Positions 23,801-34,373 of a stretch of DNA of 55,361 nucleotides are shown piece by piece; the first letter of the stretch is position 1; the number at the start of each line of letters is the position of its first letter. The stretch comes from Catajapyx aquilonaris. Lineage: Eukaryota. Made by a program: the position numbers and the translations under genes. The notes under the pieces were generated by a model, which worked only from the letters and a program-made list of their open reading frames with translations, had not been told where the DNA came from and did no database searches. Location of the stretch: contig JYFJ02002527.1 of NCBI GenBank assembly GCA_000934665.2, positions 1 through 55,361 on the forward strand. Reading direction: 5' to 3'.

Positions 23801-26798
23801 TCTTTTCTTTGACAAATTAATTTTTATTCTTGTTGCACCTTTTTTTACAGGTCCTTCTGAGGAGCCTCTGAAGCGACGAACTGATCACGTTCAGAAAGTA
23901 GATTATCGGGAGTATAAAGAGAAAAAAGAACGAGAGCGCCTGGAACGTGAACGCCTGTCACATCTAGGACGGAATGAAAGCGTGGAGGCTCGGTTGCATG
24001 AACAGCATCCTCTCCATCATAAACCAGCCCGTGATCAGCATCAGCGGGTTGCAAAGGAAGTGGTGGGGCATGTGGATGGGTCTCAGAAGGGCCGTATGGA
24101 CCTTGAACAAAGAGAAGACAACAAGCATTGCGTTCGTGAAATTGAGGATCGACATAGGAATCATGGCTTAGCCATATCAACAGATAGAGGACATGTGGAA
24201 AGCTTTAGACATGGTAGTGACAAATACAAGGCAAATCTATTGCCGGATTCCAGGCATTTTGGCCCACTCCAGGACTCACGACATCATGGACAGGACATAA
24301 AGCATATGCCAGTGTTGCCAAGTCACAGTGATAAACACAAGAGCGCAAGTGACATGCGCAGTGCTTGTGAAGTGCGGCAGAAGGACCATCGAGACAAGCT
24401 GGACAAAGTGAATCCTGAGAAGCAAAAGTTGGAGCCATCAGGAGAACGGAAGGAGCGGATGGAGTATCACGGCCAGGAACACAGGCCTGAGCACAGGCCA
24501 GAAGGAAGGCGTGAATACAAACTTGAAGCTCGCCCTGAAAATCAAATGCCACACTTGGACCATCGTGCACCGAGGCTTGAGAGACCTGGCCACGACTTGT
24601 CCTCTGGGAATCTCGAGGGTGTTTTTGAGAAGCGAGGAGAAAACCGAGACAGTCGAACCGAAATTAAGACTGAAGAGCAGCGGGAGGTGAAGCCAGAAAG
24701 TCAACATGAAGCACTTCCAGCAACTGGGTGGATGCCAATTTTGTCAGATGTGTGGAAACATGATGAAAAGTCACTTGCAGGCCCAGAAACTGATCGAAGC
24801 AAGCACCTAGTGCACCTAGGCAGGCATCTTGATGGTCCTGACGTCTCGGGACAAAATGGCAGCCTAACGACAATCAAGAATCCTCGAAAGCAAGAGCAAC
24901 CCGCAATACCAATCAAGTATGAGCGAGAGCGCGAGAAAGCCCAGCGAGAGCGCGAGAAGTCCCGGATAGATAATGACTTCTTTGCAACATTTTCATATAG
25001 CCTAGATGTGGAAAGGTCCATGTCAGGCTTGGATAAGCCTACCTCAGGCTTGAAGAGCCCAGCAGGTAGTATGTCGGCAAGACTGAAACCAAACTTTAAG
25101 ACTACTCCTTCCAAAGATTCCCGATCTGGAATGCCGCAGGGTTCGAAGCGTAAACGGACTCCTGACCTGTCTGATGGAGCAACCCGAGCTGAAAAGGTGC
25201 CATGTGTCACCCCAATGACGAGTACCCCAGCCATGTCCACACAGAACCTTACTGCAGCTACCACTCCAGTAACCCCAACAAAAACAAGAAAGCGTACAGG
25301 AAGTACCAGCAGCAATAGCGGTGGGCTAGTGCCTGTGTTAACCAAACTGGAAGACATGCCAGAATTTCAGTCCATACGAGATGGTGCAATGGGGATCAAG
25401 TTGCCCGGTCTAGTGCCCGACATGATTCAGCCCATTCGTGACAGGAAAGACGGTGTCGATGATAATGACTTGAAGTTACTATTACCCTCGAAGGAACTGC
25501 AGCCACCTGAACTTATTAAGCCATTCCGGGAGTCAAAAATGGAACTGTCAGGTGTAGAAGGCAATACTCTGAATTCAGGGATTGATGCTTCTCTGGAGAG
25601 AAACACTCTGGAACTGTCAGGCCATGCCAACTTCAGTCCATGGCCCTGGATGAGTGAGCCCAACATTGAAGGACATGTGATACATGCTAGTGACACAAAG
25701 GTAGAGAAGAAGAAAAAGAAGGACAAGCATAAGCACAAAGAGAAAGATAAGGAGAAAAACAAGGAAGAAAAGAAGCACAAGCACAAGCACAAAGATAAGA
25801 GCAAGGATAAGATGAAGAACAGGGATGTTCCACAAGTGTCTAGGTTGAATGACCCAGCTGTGGATACAGTGCCTCCCAAGTTGAAAATTACAATACCTAA
25901 GATCATCAATGTACTTGGCTGTCCAATGGATGATGACCTGCTCTCTCCACCACAAGAATCTTCCATCATGGGTTTGAAACTGAAGATTATGAAGAAGGGG
26001 TCCCTAGAGAGCTTGGAGACTAGCTGCTCACAGAACAGCACTGGCAGCACCGCTGGGAGCACTAGCAGCATCACTAGTGGGGGCACCAACGTCAGCACCA
26101 GCAGTGGTATCTCCTTGCCAGGCATGAGTGGTTGTGGAAGCCTTAAGATCAAGATCAGCCGTGACAAGATCGCAGGTTTTAACTCAGGGAAAGAGGGTAA
26201 AGCAGTAGTGGAAAAGGCAGGGAAGGAGCGCAAGGTGGATCATAGTCTGAATAGTGACCCATGCAAGATACGTTCCATGGACTTATATCATACCAATCAT
26301 CGCTCAGAACCAGAACGTCGGAGTGAAATGAATGGGACAGACCGTCGCCCCCGCCACTATCCATCCCCAAATAAGGTAGGTGGAAGTCGAGAAAGCCAGA
26401 ATCAGCCCTTCCGGGGACACACTCAACATGCTCCCCGTTCTCGTTTCCCACAGCAGCACCTCCATCCAACCCGTCCAATGCCACCGATAATGGGGGCTTA
26501 CCCATTCCCTCAATACTACACCTACATGCCTCCAGGCATGCCAGGGCCTGCTCCAATGCCTGGCTTTGGATACAACCCATCAATGCCGCCTCCCACCATG
26601 TCCTCTGCACCTGATCCCTCAGCCTTTGGGTACTATCCTCATGTGCCACCTTACCCAATTCCATTTCCACCTCCACCAGCTGAAGGAACGCTTGGAAATC
26701 AGTTTCCAGTGACTCCAACAGCTTCCACATTGGAGAATCCTCCTCTTCCAACTGGTCCACCTCCAAGCATCCCCCCACCACCACCATTACCAGAGTGA
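2810..26798 (+). CDS. CycT: Cyclin T (P-TEFb regulatory subunit); join(2810-2955,7860-8070,8447-8570,9359-9404,9693-9783,9859-10074,18004-18100,23851-26798), about 1292 aa
   Basis: Exons encode the cyclin T box: [115 protein letters not shown]. All junctions are GT-AG and phase-compatible (3879 nt in total). The long low-complexity terminal exon has a K/H-rich tract and a Pro-rich tail. Confidence 0.96.
5867..6282. mobile_element. Tc1/mariner-type MITE
   Basis: TA|CAGGGTGAA...TTCACCCTG|TA with about 85-bp imperfect TIRs. Confidence 0.85.
6660..7596. mobile_element. PIF/Harbinger-type non-autonomous element
   Basis: TTA|GGGCCGATTGCACGAACC...GGTTCGTGCAATCGGCCC|TTA; 3-bp TTA target-site duplication. 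Confidence 0.8.
8234..8308 (+). pseudogene. tRNA-like sequence (tRNA pseudogene or SINE head) in Cyclin T intron 2
   Basis: A box TAGCTCAGTGG, D stem GCTC/GAGC, stem GCTCAT/ATGAGC and T arm CAGG-TTCGATT-CCTG. The acceptor stem is mismatched and the anticodon loop is not 7 nt. Confidence 0.6.
10241..11071. mobile_element. Old TIR element hosting a nested Harbinger MITE
   Basis: AGAACGGATTTTTAGGTT at about 10243 is the inverted counterpart of AACCTAAAAATCCATTCT at about 11052. Confidence 0.5.
10488..10707. mobile_element. PIF/Harbinger (Tourist-like) MITE, family A copy 1
   Basis: TTA|GGCCCGAATCTTCGACGTCTCGCGCAAACCTG...CAGGTTTGCGCGAGACGTCGAAGATTCGGGCC|TTA. A second copy lies at 38725-38944. 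Confidence 0.9.
11878..12072. mobile_element. hAT-type MITE
   Basis: TIR CAGTGGCGGATCTA/TAGATCCGCCACTG with an 8-bp TSD catccagt/catccaat. Confidence 0.85.
12151..13039. mobile_element. Long, diverged palindromic element
   Basis: Arms of about 300 bp pair imperfectly, e.g. AAGATTATCTGGACTTTAG vs CTAAAGTCCAGATAATCTT and CTTAGCAGGACATTAATTTT vs AAAATTAATGCCCTGCTAAG. Confidence 0.75.
13051..13208. mobile_element. Short hairpin MITE with TA TSD
   Basis: TA|CAGTG...CACTG|TA; arms GCATGCTGCTAGTGACATTTTCCGAAGCAGCAGAAGAAGGAATC and its near reverse complement. Confidence 0.75.
13635..13939. mobile_element. hAT (Charlie-like) MITE
   Basis: TIR CAATGGTTCCCAACCT/AGGTTGGGAACCACTG with an 8-bp TSD cactagac/ctctagac. 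Confidence 0.85.
14286..14843. repeat. Near-perfect long inverted repeat (about 235-bp arms, about 90-nt spacer), probably a fold-back transposon
   Basis: 14286-14519 is the reverse complement of 14610-14843 with few mismatches. Confidence 0.9.
15682..15877. mobile_element. Palindromic MITE
   Basis: GGCCTCC...GTGTGACGCGATTGGC pairs with GCCAATCGCGTCACAC...GGAGGCC. Confidence 0.7.
16076..16310. mobile_element. Palindromic MITE
   Basis: GTGCCGTTA...CGCCATAGCGACTAG pairs with CTAGTCGCTATGGCG...TAACGGCAC. Confidence 0.7.
16354..16512. mobile_element. PIF/Harbinger-type MITE
   Basis: TTA|AGCCATGTTTACATGCAAGCGATTTATCAGCGATG...CATCGCTGATAAATCGCTTGCATGTAAACACGGCT|TTA. Confidence 0.8.
18400..18747. 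mobile_element. Tc1/mariner-type MITE
   Basis: TA|CAGGGTGTTTCACTAGGT...ACCTAGTGAAACACCCTG|TA with extended imperfect arms. Confidence 0.85.
19396..20001. mobile_element. Fully palindromic Tc1/mariner-type MITE, family B copy 1
   Basis: TA|CAGGGTGTTTCAGAGTCACGGG...CCCGTGACTCTGAAACACCCTG|TA with about 280-bp arms. A second copy lies at 51525-52109. Confidence 0.92.
20698..20852. mobile_element. Tc2/pogo-like MITE
   Basis: TA|CCATATTTACTCGAA...TTCGAGTTAATAGAG|TA. A related left end follows at about 20907. Confidence 0.55.
21010..21181. mobile_element. Palindromic MITE (Harbinger-like ends)
   Basis: CATACACACAGGTGGTCGATGGTTT pairs with AAACCGTCGACCGCCTGTGTGTATG. Confidence 0.65.
21242..21984. 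mobile_element. piggyBac-type palindromic non-autonomous element, family C copy 1
   Basis: TTAA|CCCCTTCGCTACCAGCTAGACTGAAAA...TTTTCAGTCTAGCTGGTAGTGAAGGGG|TTAA with about 360-bp imperfect arms. Confidence 0.9.
22178..22787. repeat. Unit of about 125 bp present twice in tandem and once inverted
   Basis: TTCGATTTGCCTGAAAAT...CCAGACCRTCCTGATCAAT at about 22198 and 22327; its reverse complement at about 22670-22787. Confidence 0.8.
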
Positions 26799-27180
26799 TT
26801 TCTCGGTACGTTTTGTTTTGTAGATGTGGGAGTGCTTACATGTCAACTACACACCAGTTCAGTTGATGAATTGTTAATAATCAGCAATTTCACCATGTGT
26901 TCCTTTTGATTTAGAGTTTTGTGACACACGTGGAAGACATCCTCACACGTGTTAATTGTGGTTAGGGCAGATGTTTCCCATGCACGTGACTATGGCTTCA
27001 AACTATTGTATGAATCAAGTTGAAAACAAATTTTGGAATGATTTATGGAATACATTTACTTACAAGAAAAAGTGTTGAATATTCACCTTGACATTGCATC
27101 AGAGGCTTGCGTGGTGGACACTTTCAGCTGAACCAACAGCAGAGAAATTTGAATTTTCATGGGCAGAAGGTTGGTCTTAC

Positions 27181-27366
27181 TTCATGCTACACTGAAAATG
27201 CAACAGTCTTCCGATACATAGAAAAAACTTGCAAAAATAAGTATGGAACATCTTGCATTAGATTATCATAGATAGCTATGATAATATAATCCAAGATGTT
27301 CCATACTTATTTTTGCGAGTTTTTTCTATGTATCGGAAGACTGTTGCATTTTCAGTGTAGCATGAA
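27181..27366. repeat. Near-perfect 186-nt hairpin downstream of the Cyclin T stop codon
   Basis: TTCATGCTACACTGAAAATGCAACAGTCTTCCGATACATAGAAAAAACT... pairs with ...AGTTTTTTCTATGTATCGGAAGACTGTTGCATTTTCAGTGTAGCATGAA; loop of about 4 nt. Confidence 0.92.
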
Positions 27367-30300
27367 ATGCGATGATAAGAATGGATACTTTAGAAGCATT
27401 AAAAGTTGGCCATTCCAATACAAATTTACTCCACACAGCCATTTGCATTGTCTTGTTGGCATGACCTGACTACTCAAGGTCTGCACGTAAGCCCTTTGCT
27501 AGAGTGCAGAGGAGTTTGGTGAGATGTTCAAAGTTATTCTTGAAATGTATGTATTTTATGAATCTTACTGGGATGTGGTAGGATCCATTCTACTTGCAGA
27601 CTTTACATCCATATCATAAAGCTCTCTAGTCAGTATCACGTTTTAGTCATCCCAGCTTGTAACAGCCTGTAAATAGTGTACCATAGTAAATGTAGGAGGT
27701 ACATAAAAACATGGCGACTGCTACTACTGTGCCAGGATATTGGTGTATGATGATATATCTTTTCAATTCTGAGAATAACATAATTGTGTTCAGTTTTTCT
27801 TATGGAAGTTAAGCTTTCATTTCTAACACATCCTATGTATATCCATGTATATACTACAGTTGTACATTTTGCTTTACGGCTTCTGTCCCGTATGAAACTG
27901 AACGATTAAACTGTAGTGCTTGTTTGATTTTCCTTTTAATTTGGGAAAGAGCGTCACACAGAGGTATCGGGGGATTGCTGTTATTTTTTGCATGCCTGCT
28001 CTCATGGGTGTATTGTTGGCTTACTGTTCAAGGAACTACATTGTTTCTTGTGATGATGATGATTCTCTCTCTTTCTCCCTCTCTCTCTCTCTCTCTCCCC
28101 CTACAAGAGGATTTGACATAGTCTTTATGTGTGGTCTTGTAACATCACTATATTGGATATTGGACATAGTCATTGCCAGCCACTGCAGGATCTGTCTCTG
28201 CTGCTAGAATTTTACTGTGGGTTGGCAGATACGTCAAACCACAGGATGTCAGTTCAAACAATGCAACTTATGGGTGCCTTCCAGTTCCTACCCTTGGAGG
28301 AAAAGGAACATGCATTATTATAAGTAACTAATTGTTATGAAGTTCCTTTGAAGAGGCAGAAGTCACAGAGCAGAGAGGTGGATAGACCACCTCCCAGACA
28401 ACAATTGAGAAGAAAAAAATCATTGCAAATAAGCTGACATCTATGTGATGGAAAACCCAAAATATGTTTAAGGTGGAAGTGGCCATACATGTCCAGCAAC
28501 ATGATTTCCTTTAAGACAAAGAATGTGCATATAGTAAGACTATCTCAATATCCCACATAAAATTGTAATTTTTTTGCTTATTTCTGGTTCTTTTGGCTGA
28601 TGTGAAGCTGAGGGCACTGGCCTAGTGTGTGGCCAGTCCTTCTCCACTGTATACTGTCTACCATCCATCCTCACCTATCTCCACCTGTGCTGCATAACTG
28701 GTGTTTGATGTGCTTTTGCAGGTTCCCTCGAAGGTGGATTCTAGCTCTCAGTACAAAGGGTCGCCTGGGTGGATACCGTAATGGGGGACCTAGCTGCCTT
28801 CCTCAGCTTGGGCCATGGATTAGCTGCCTGCTCCCATTTATAAATCAACAGGGTATTGTTGTAAAGTACCACAAGGAAATTTCCAACTAAACTCATACCA
28901 CAGATCCACAGAAAGAAAAAGTTGTAGGCATGGCACTCTGGGCCTTGGTGCTCATTGTTGGGGGTGGCACATATTCCCCACCTGACTAACATCTGTACAG
29001 ATTATTGAAAGTGGAAAGCAAACCTGGAACTAATGGCCCGTTGTTGGTATCCATTGTGAACTCAAAATTGCAGCCCTTGTTTGTGGTCCGCAACATTTTA
29101 TTTTTACTTTTGGGAGGGTATGAAACGGCTGTTATTGCCGAAGCTAGCAGTGACAATCTTAATAGTTTCTTACTGCGATGTATGGTTGTATTATTTATTT
29201 GGATTTATTTATTGGTATTTGGCAACCTGTGTGCTGCATTTAATCCTGTAGAATTTTGTTGAGTATGCTGTGCCCTGTCACAGCCCTATATATTATGTGG
29301 AATAAAATATCCATTGCTCTGGATCTGCCTTCAGATTTAATGTAGTCAAAAACTTCAGTATTTAAATGTACAGTCCACTCATGATAACTCTTGATTTAGG
29401 GTGCAATAGCTTGGTAAGATGTGAGCAACTCAAATGAAGGGCAACATCATTATTACTGTGCCTATTGTAACCAAATATTCAATGTAACAACTACATTAAA
29501 AAGGAGTAGACTGTAAAGGTCATGATATTGATGGGCTGCAACCAAGAGGCTGCGTTATAGGGTGATGGTGTTTGCCTAAGTTAGTGGCTGTGTGTGCGTG
29601 TGTGTGGGTATGCAGTGTTCCTTGAATCAATTAGGTTTTCTTTTTTGGTTTTGTCATGCATGTACTTCTAGCATCATCACCTAGTTCTACAAGGTGGTGT
29701 GTGTGTTCTTTTTGGGAAGGGTAGCACATAACTGCTTATGTGGTGGGTGGAATGGAACTTAAAAGCAAACGAGTATCATGTGAGATTGTACTTCCCCCAT
29801 TGTCACTGCAGTAGTGGCAGTACCTGTTACTCTTATCACAGTTGCTTAATGAAAATTGGCTCCTGGATTGAAGTGCATATGTCGGTAGGTGCATTTCAAC
29901 TTGAGTGGTGACAACTGTGAATCCTTTTTGGTTTTGTTTTTTTTATGTCGTACAATAGTTTGAAGATGTACCTGAAAGTCCTCATTAGTAGCCTCGACTG
30001 ATGGGAAAGCAAGACAGTTTTACATCAGTAGTGAAGGCTACATGTTTTTGGCGACTGCTTTGTACTTTCATTGTGAAAGTGGAGCACTGCAGGAATATTT
30101 TTTTATATTTATCTGAAGGTAGATCAACAACAATGAGAGAGATGAGTTAACTACACAATGTCTTTGTAGTATTATGCAGATATGTTCTCAATATTTGTTA
30201 CTTTGTTGTGAATAATAAGAAACTTGAGTTGCCTAGTCTGCAAGAGTGGTCTTAAGGGGGAGGAGGTGGGGGGGAACTGGCTTGATCCACCCTGTTCATC

Positions 30301-30917
30301 TGAAGTACTGGACCAGACTCCATTTGGATTTTTTAAAAAATCTTATCCCCTTTTAAAGTGCACTCTCCAGTCCGTCTTATTGTGAGGCATAAGTCACTCT
30401 TGTTGATGTACAGTTCTGAAAAAACTTCCTTGTACCTGCAAGCCACCATGCAAGCTGGTGCAGGTATAAGCAAGCATGAATCAACTCTCGCTGTGAACCA
30501 CATGATTTAAACAAAGTTATGGACAGAACAGTTGCCAACTACGATTAATTTTCTGTAGTAAAAGTTAAGTACTAAAGAATAGGATAGGGTGGTACAGGCT
30601 GATTAGGTTCTATCACTGGAGTAATGGTGCGGTAGGTCTGCCTGCAGCATTGAGTAACAGGGTGGGGGGAAATGCTGCTCTGGGGTGGATAATAATGCGG
30701 TCATTTTGCTTACGTTACTGTTCCAAAATATGACTCCTGAAATTTTTGCGTTTCTGCAGCTCCCCTGCAACCCGCCAATATCTTGAATTTGAATGTTTGA
30801 GACTGGATATGTAACCTGCCAACCCAGCTGCCTTTCTCGTTTGGGTCATAATTCTCAAATGGAGTGAAAGCTCATTGCTTTACCTTTTGAGGGAAGCAAT
30901 TCCTGTTTTTTTCTTTT

Positions 30918-30963
30918 CATTATTATTATTATTATGATTATTATGATTATGATTATTATTATT
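30918..30963. repeat. (ATT/ATG)n microsatellite
   Basis: Imperfect trinucleotide run. Confidence 0.8.
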
Positions 30964-33504
30964 TTCTTTTCTACCTTAGCTATACTTCTCTAATGTCTTT
31001 TTACATTCCACAATATTGTTTGTTATCTATATTCAGAGTGATTAACGGGAATATTGTCTGATGTATTCAGTTTTTCCCTCCCTCATATCCTCCCACCTTG
31101 CATTGTTGTTGTTATATTTTATTTGGAGCAATTGACGTGTCATTTAGTTGTGGAGCAGATTCATGTATGTAACAGCTGAGGATGGATTAGGTGTACCCAG
31201 CCATCTTGCAGCAGAAATAATTGCCAGTTTTATATCAATTTTGGATACAGAATGTAAGCACATGATATAGAGATAGTGTTCAATAGGGTTGTAACCACCT
31301 TTTTAGTTAATCCATATGTGGAAGCAAGTGCATCTTGTTTTTGAATCAACTGGATGCTGATAAAATCATTTGAATTTGGGAATATACTTGGGACTGGAAG
31401 TGAAGCTAGGAGATGAATTGAGGGGAGGGGGGGGAAAAAACTTTGTTTATACCCACCCACACACAGCTCAATAGTATCATGGAACTTAAAATCTGGACTC
31501 AGTCTGAGTGATCATTATATGGAAAGTACCAGTCTACAATGGTACACTTGCAGCTTGCCCTTGTGATAGACTACAATTTCAGTCATGAAAAAACCAAAAA
31601 ACCATGCACACTTGCAAGATTACATAAAGAGACTTTTCCAAAGAGTGTAGTGCTTGGGATGATGTGTTTGTGTGAAAAGAAGATTTAGGGCGACAGACCA
31701 GTCCATTCCCCACCTACCTCCAACCTGTAACTCTACATTCTGTATTTTGAAATATTACTGAGGAAAGGTATGGCAATAGAGGAAAGGTGGGCCATGGGGA
31801 AGGTATGAGTGCCATGGCGTTTAGTCTGCTGGTATCTGGTATGCCGTTGGCACCTTCAACAGGAGGCCCATGGACCATACTGGCTGCACCACACACCTCA
31901 TTATGCGGAATGGTGATAAAGAACTGTTGTATATAGTTGAAATATTGTACATAAGCTATGCGGATAATTGCCCTAAAGAGGGCAGTGCAACTGAATCCGA
32001 GGGTGAGGCAAGAGCATCCTCTCTGAAATCAGGCAGATCAGAACTCCTTCATTTCATGGCATTTTTTGCATGGCAAATTGTTGTATGCTCAAGTAGCACA
32101 GGATGTGTAATGTGCTGTTACACTAGTTGTTCAAAATGTACGAAATGATTTTGGTTAGTCATGCACACTGTGAACCATTTACAGCTGAATTAATAAAATC
32201 ATGTTCTGAAAGATTTGCCTTGTGATTTCTTTTATGGGTGGGGACTATATTCAGCATGTGGACATTAGGAGTTGCGGGTAGGTATCTATGCTGATTTGTT
32301 TTATTTTAAAATTAAAATAAATGTACAGCGCAAGATAAAGCAGTATGACGACTGTGTCCATGCAGCACCAGCAGCAAGCGAGAAGTTCCTGATGTAAAGG
32401 TGGAAATATGAATTTCATGTGATAGGCCTATATGTTGCATGCCTCTTAGCTGCGTACCATATTTATGCATAATGTCACAAAAGTGGAAGTTTTCTAATTG
32501 CTTGAATGCAAGTGTGTGTTATAACACCTGGTAAGTCGACAGACTTGGTCGCACCAGGGAAGTTACAGATTGATGACCAGAGATTTACCTTTGTTATTCA
32601 TTGCTGGTGATGAGAAAGTTGTTGCCAAAACTGTGTAGCAAAGCTCCCTGGCACTAATTTACCGTCATTACACATGGTCACTTTTGCCCATTCGAACTTA
32701 AGAACCTCAAATTCGTACGTAAAAATTGGCTTATTTACGTGAAACAATTCGCATTATTTTAATGTGAAACATCTCCCTGATGGGTATGCAATCACACCAC
32801 ACTCAAAGGAGCAAAAAATACAGTATTCCTATTTTATCCTGTAAGCTGTAAGTTAGACTGACCGGCGAACAAGAGTGCAGGGCAGACTGAAGGTGCTTCA
32901 GACATTATTCTACACATTCATGGCCAGAATCAGCGCCTCTTACTCTTGCTTGACCATAGGTTTGAATAACAATGGTGCTCACACAACCTATTATTCCAAG
33001 CAAGCCAATATATTCCAGCGTTACAATATTTTGTTACAATACCACTCTGTGCAGGATGCGGACATTTAACATGCCTTCGCTTTGGGGAATGGTACAGGGG
33101 TTCTAGGCTATAATTTTAAGTATAGGTATCGTGGGTGTCTGCAGCACAGTTACCGAGATAATTGGTATTAAATAGAGAGTGCATTATGATAGTATGCTAC
33201 TAGGCTATCATCTTCTATGACGTGGATACAGCTTACGACACTTCCATCACCTAAGCGATTACTTGCTACACCTAATGACTGAATACTTTTGTGCTCATAC
33301 ATGGTATCATTAGCTTTTGATGGTATGAAACAAAAGTAAAAGGAAGTTATATGCTAAAACTCAAAAAATTCGTCAATATACAGTGTCTGGGAAATATTAG
33401 CTATCCTAGTGTGATTTAGATTTGCAACATGGTGAGTTGGGACTGTGAGGTCCCCACCACTTAATTAACACCTCGGTTCCAAATTGCCGATATAGTGTAT
33501 AATA

Positions 33505-34022
33505 CACTGTACTCCCGATTATCCGGGTAATGATTATCCGTGCATCGCCAAAAAATAAAGTTAAAAATAAGAGTCTGAAAAAATGTTTCTCATAGAAATA
33601 TCATATAGGCCTACTATGCTTTTTTCAGAACAAATATTAAAAATATATGCTAAGTTTTATTATTTGATTGAACCTTATTATTTAAAGCATCATACACTTG
33701 TGGGTTCGAACCCGGCCGAGGTCGGTGACTTTTCTCCAGGTGGTAGAAAAGTGAGAGTGCGCCTTCCTTCGGAGGGTAAGTAAAGCCGTCGTGTCGGACC
33801 CGTGTGCTTGTGACATTGCGCGAGTGCACGTTAAAGATCCCCAGAGTGGCCAAATTTCCAGGAGGACCACCCCCTGCCTATAGCCTATAGCTGCAGAAAT
33901 AGGCCGAGCCTCCACTAAAGTATCTACGACCATTTTCAGATTATCCCCGTGTGTTCCGATTATATTATTATTATTCAGCGACACCCGTGCATTCATTAGC
34001 CCGTATAATCGGGAGTACAGTG
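33505..34022. mobile_element. TA-flanked MITE with a nested SINE
   Basis: TA|CACTGTACTCCCGATTAT...ATAATCGGGAGTACAGTG|TA. Confidence 0.8.
33700..33975 (+). mobile_element. 5'-truncated tRNA-derived SINE
   Basis: B box GGTTCGAACCC, body GCACGTTAAAGATCCCCAG resembling arthropod SINEs, and a (TAT)n tail. Confidence 0.65.
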
Positions 34023-34309
34023 TATATCATGTTCTCGTACTGCCATGTACTGTACTATAATCAAGCAGAACTGAACAATATTCTCTGCATTGTTCCTATA
34101 CAAAGACAGTGTACTGATAATCATGTGTTACACTGGACCAGTGATGCACTTCTCATCAGTTCTATGGCTTCCATTTCAGAAGCGCCAACCCCTTATGGTG
34201 TATACTGTACACTTATACAGGCTATTCACAAGTTCGCGAGAATCGGCAGTAGCGAGAGCGAGAAGCCAATTCTCGTACCACATTCTTTCCTGGCTTTTCG
34301 GTCACGCTA

Positions 34310-34373
34310 AAATGTCTCGAATACGCCCGGAAAAACCTGTATACAGGTTTTTCCGGGCGTATTCGAGACATTT
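34310..34373. repeat. Perfect 64-bp palindrome with no spacer
   Basis: AAATGTCTCGAATACGCCCGGAAAAACCTGTA|TACAGGTTTTTCCGGGCGTATTCGAGACATTT. Confidence 0.95.

Larger units (their letters stand above)
26799..32215 (+). other. Inferred long Cyclin T 3' UTR and alternative terminal region
   Basis: Nearly free of transposons and T/TG-rich. AATAAA at 29301 and 32192, the latter followed by GT/T-rich sequence. Several TGTAHATA motifs. Confidence 0.55.

Noticed and set aside
23787..23850. ATG at 23787 as the start of an independent 1003-aa protein
   Set aside because: These codons span a polypyrimidine tract and acceptor. The exon starts at 23851, in phase with exon 7.
24205..26787. Long minus-strand ORFs (218, 268 and 202 aa)
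   Set aside because: Antisense shadows of the large Cyclin T coding exon with no recognisable motifs.
32560..32760. Possible decayed Tc1 transposase on the minus strand (PIFTYEFEVLKFEWAK)
   Set aside because: The resemblance is too weak and no TIRs were identified.
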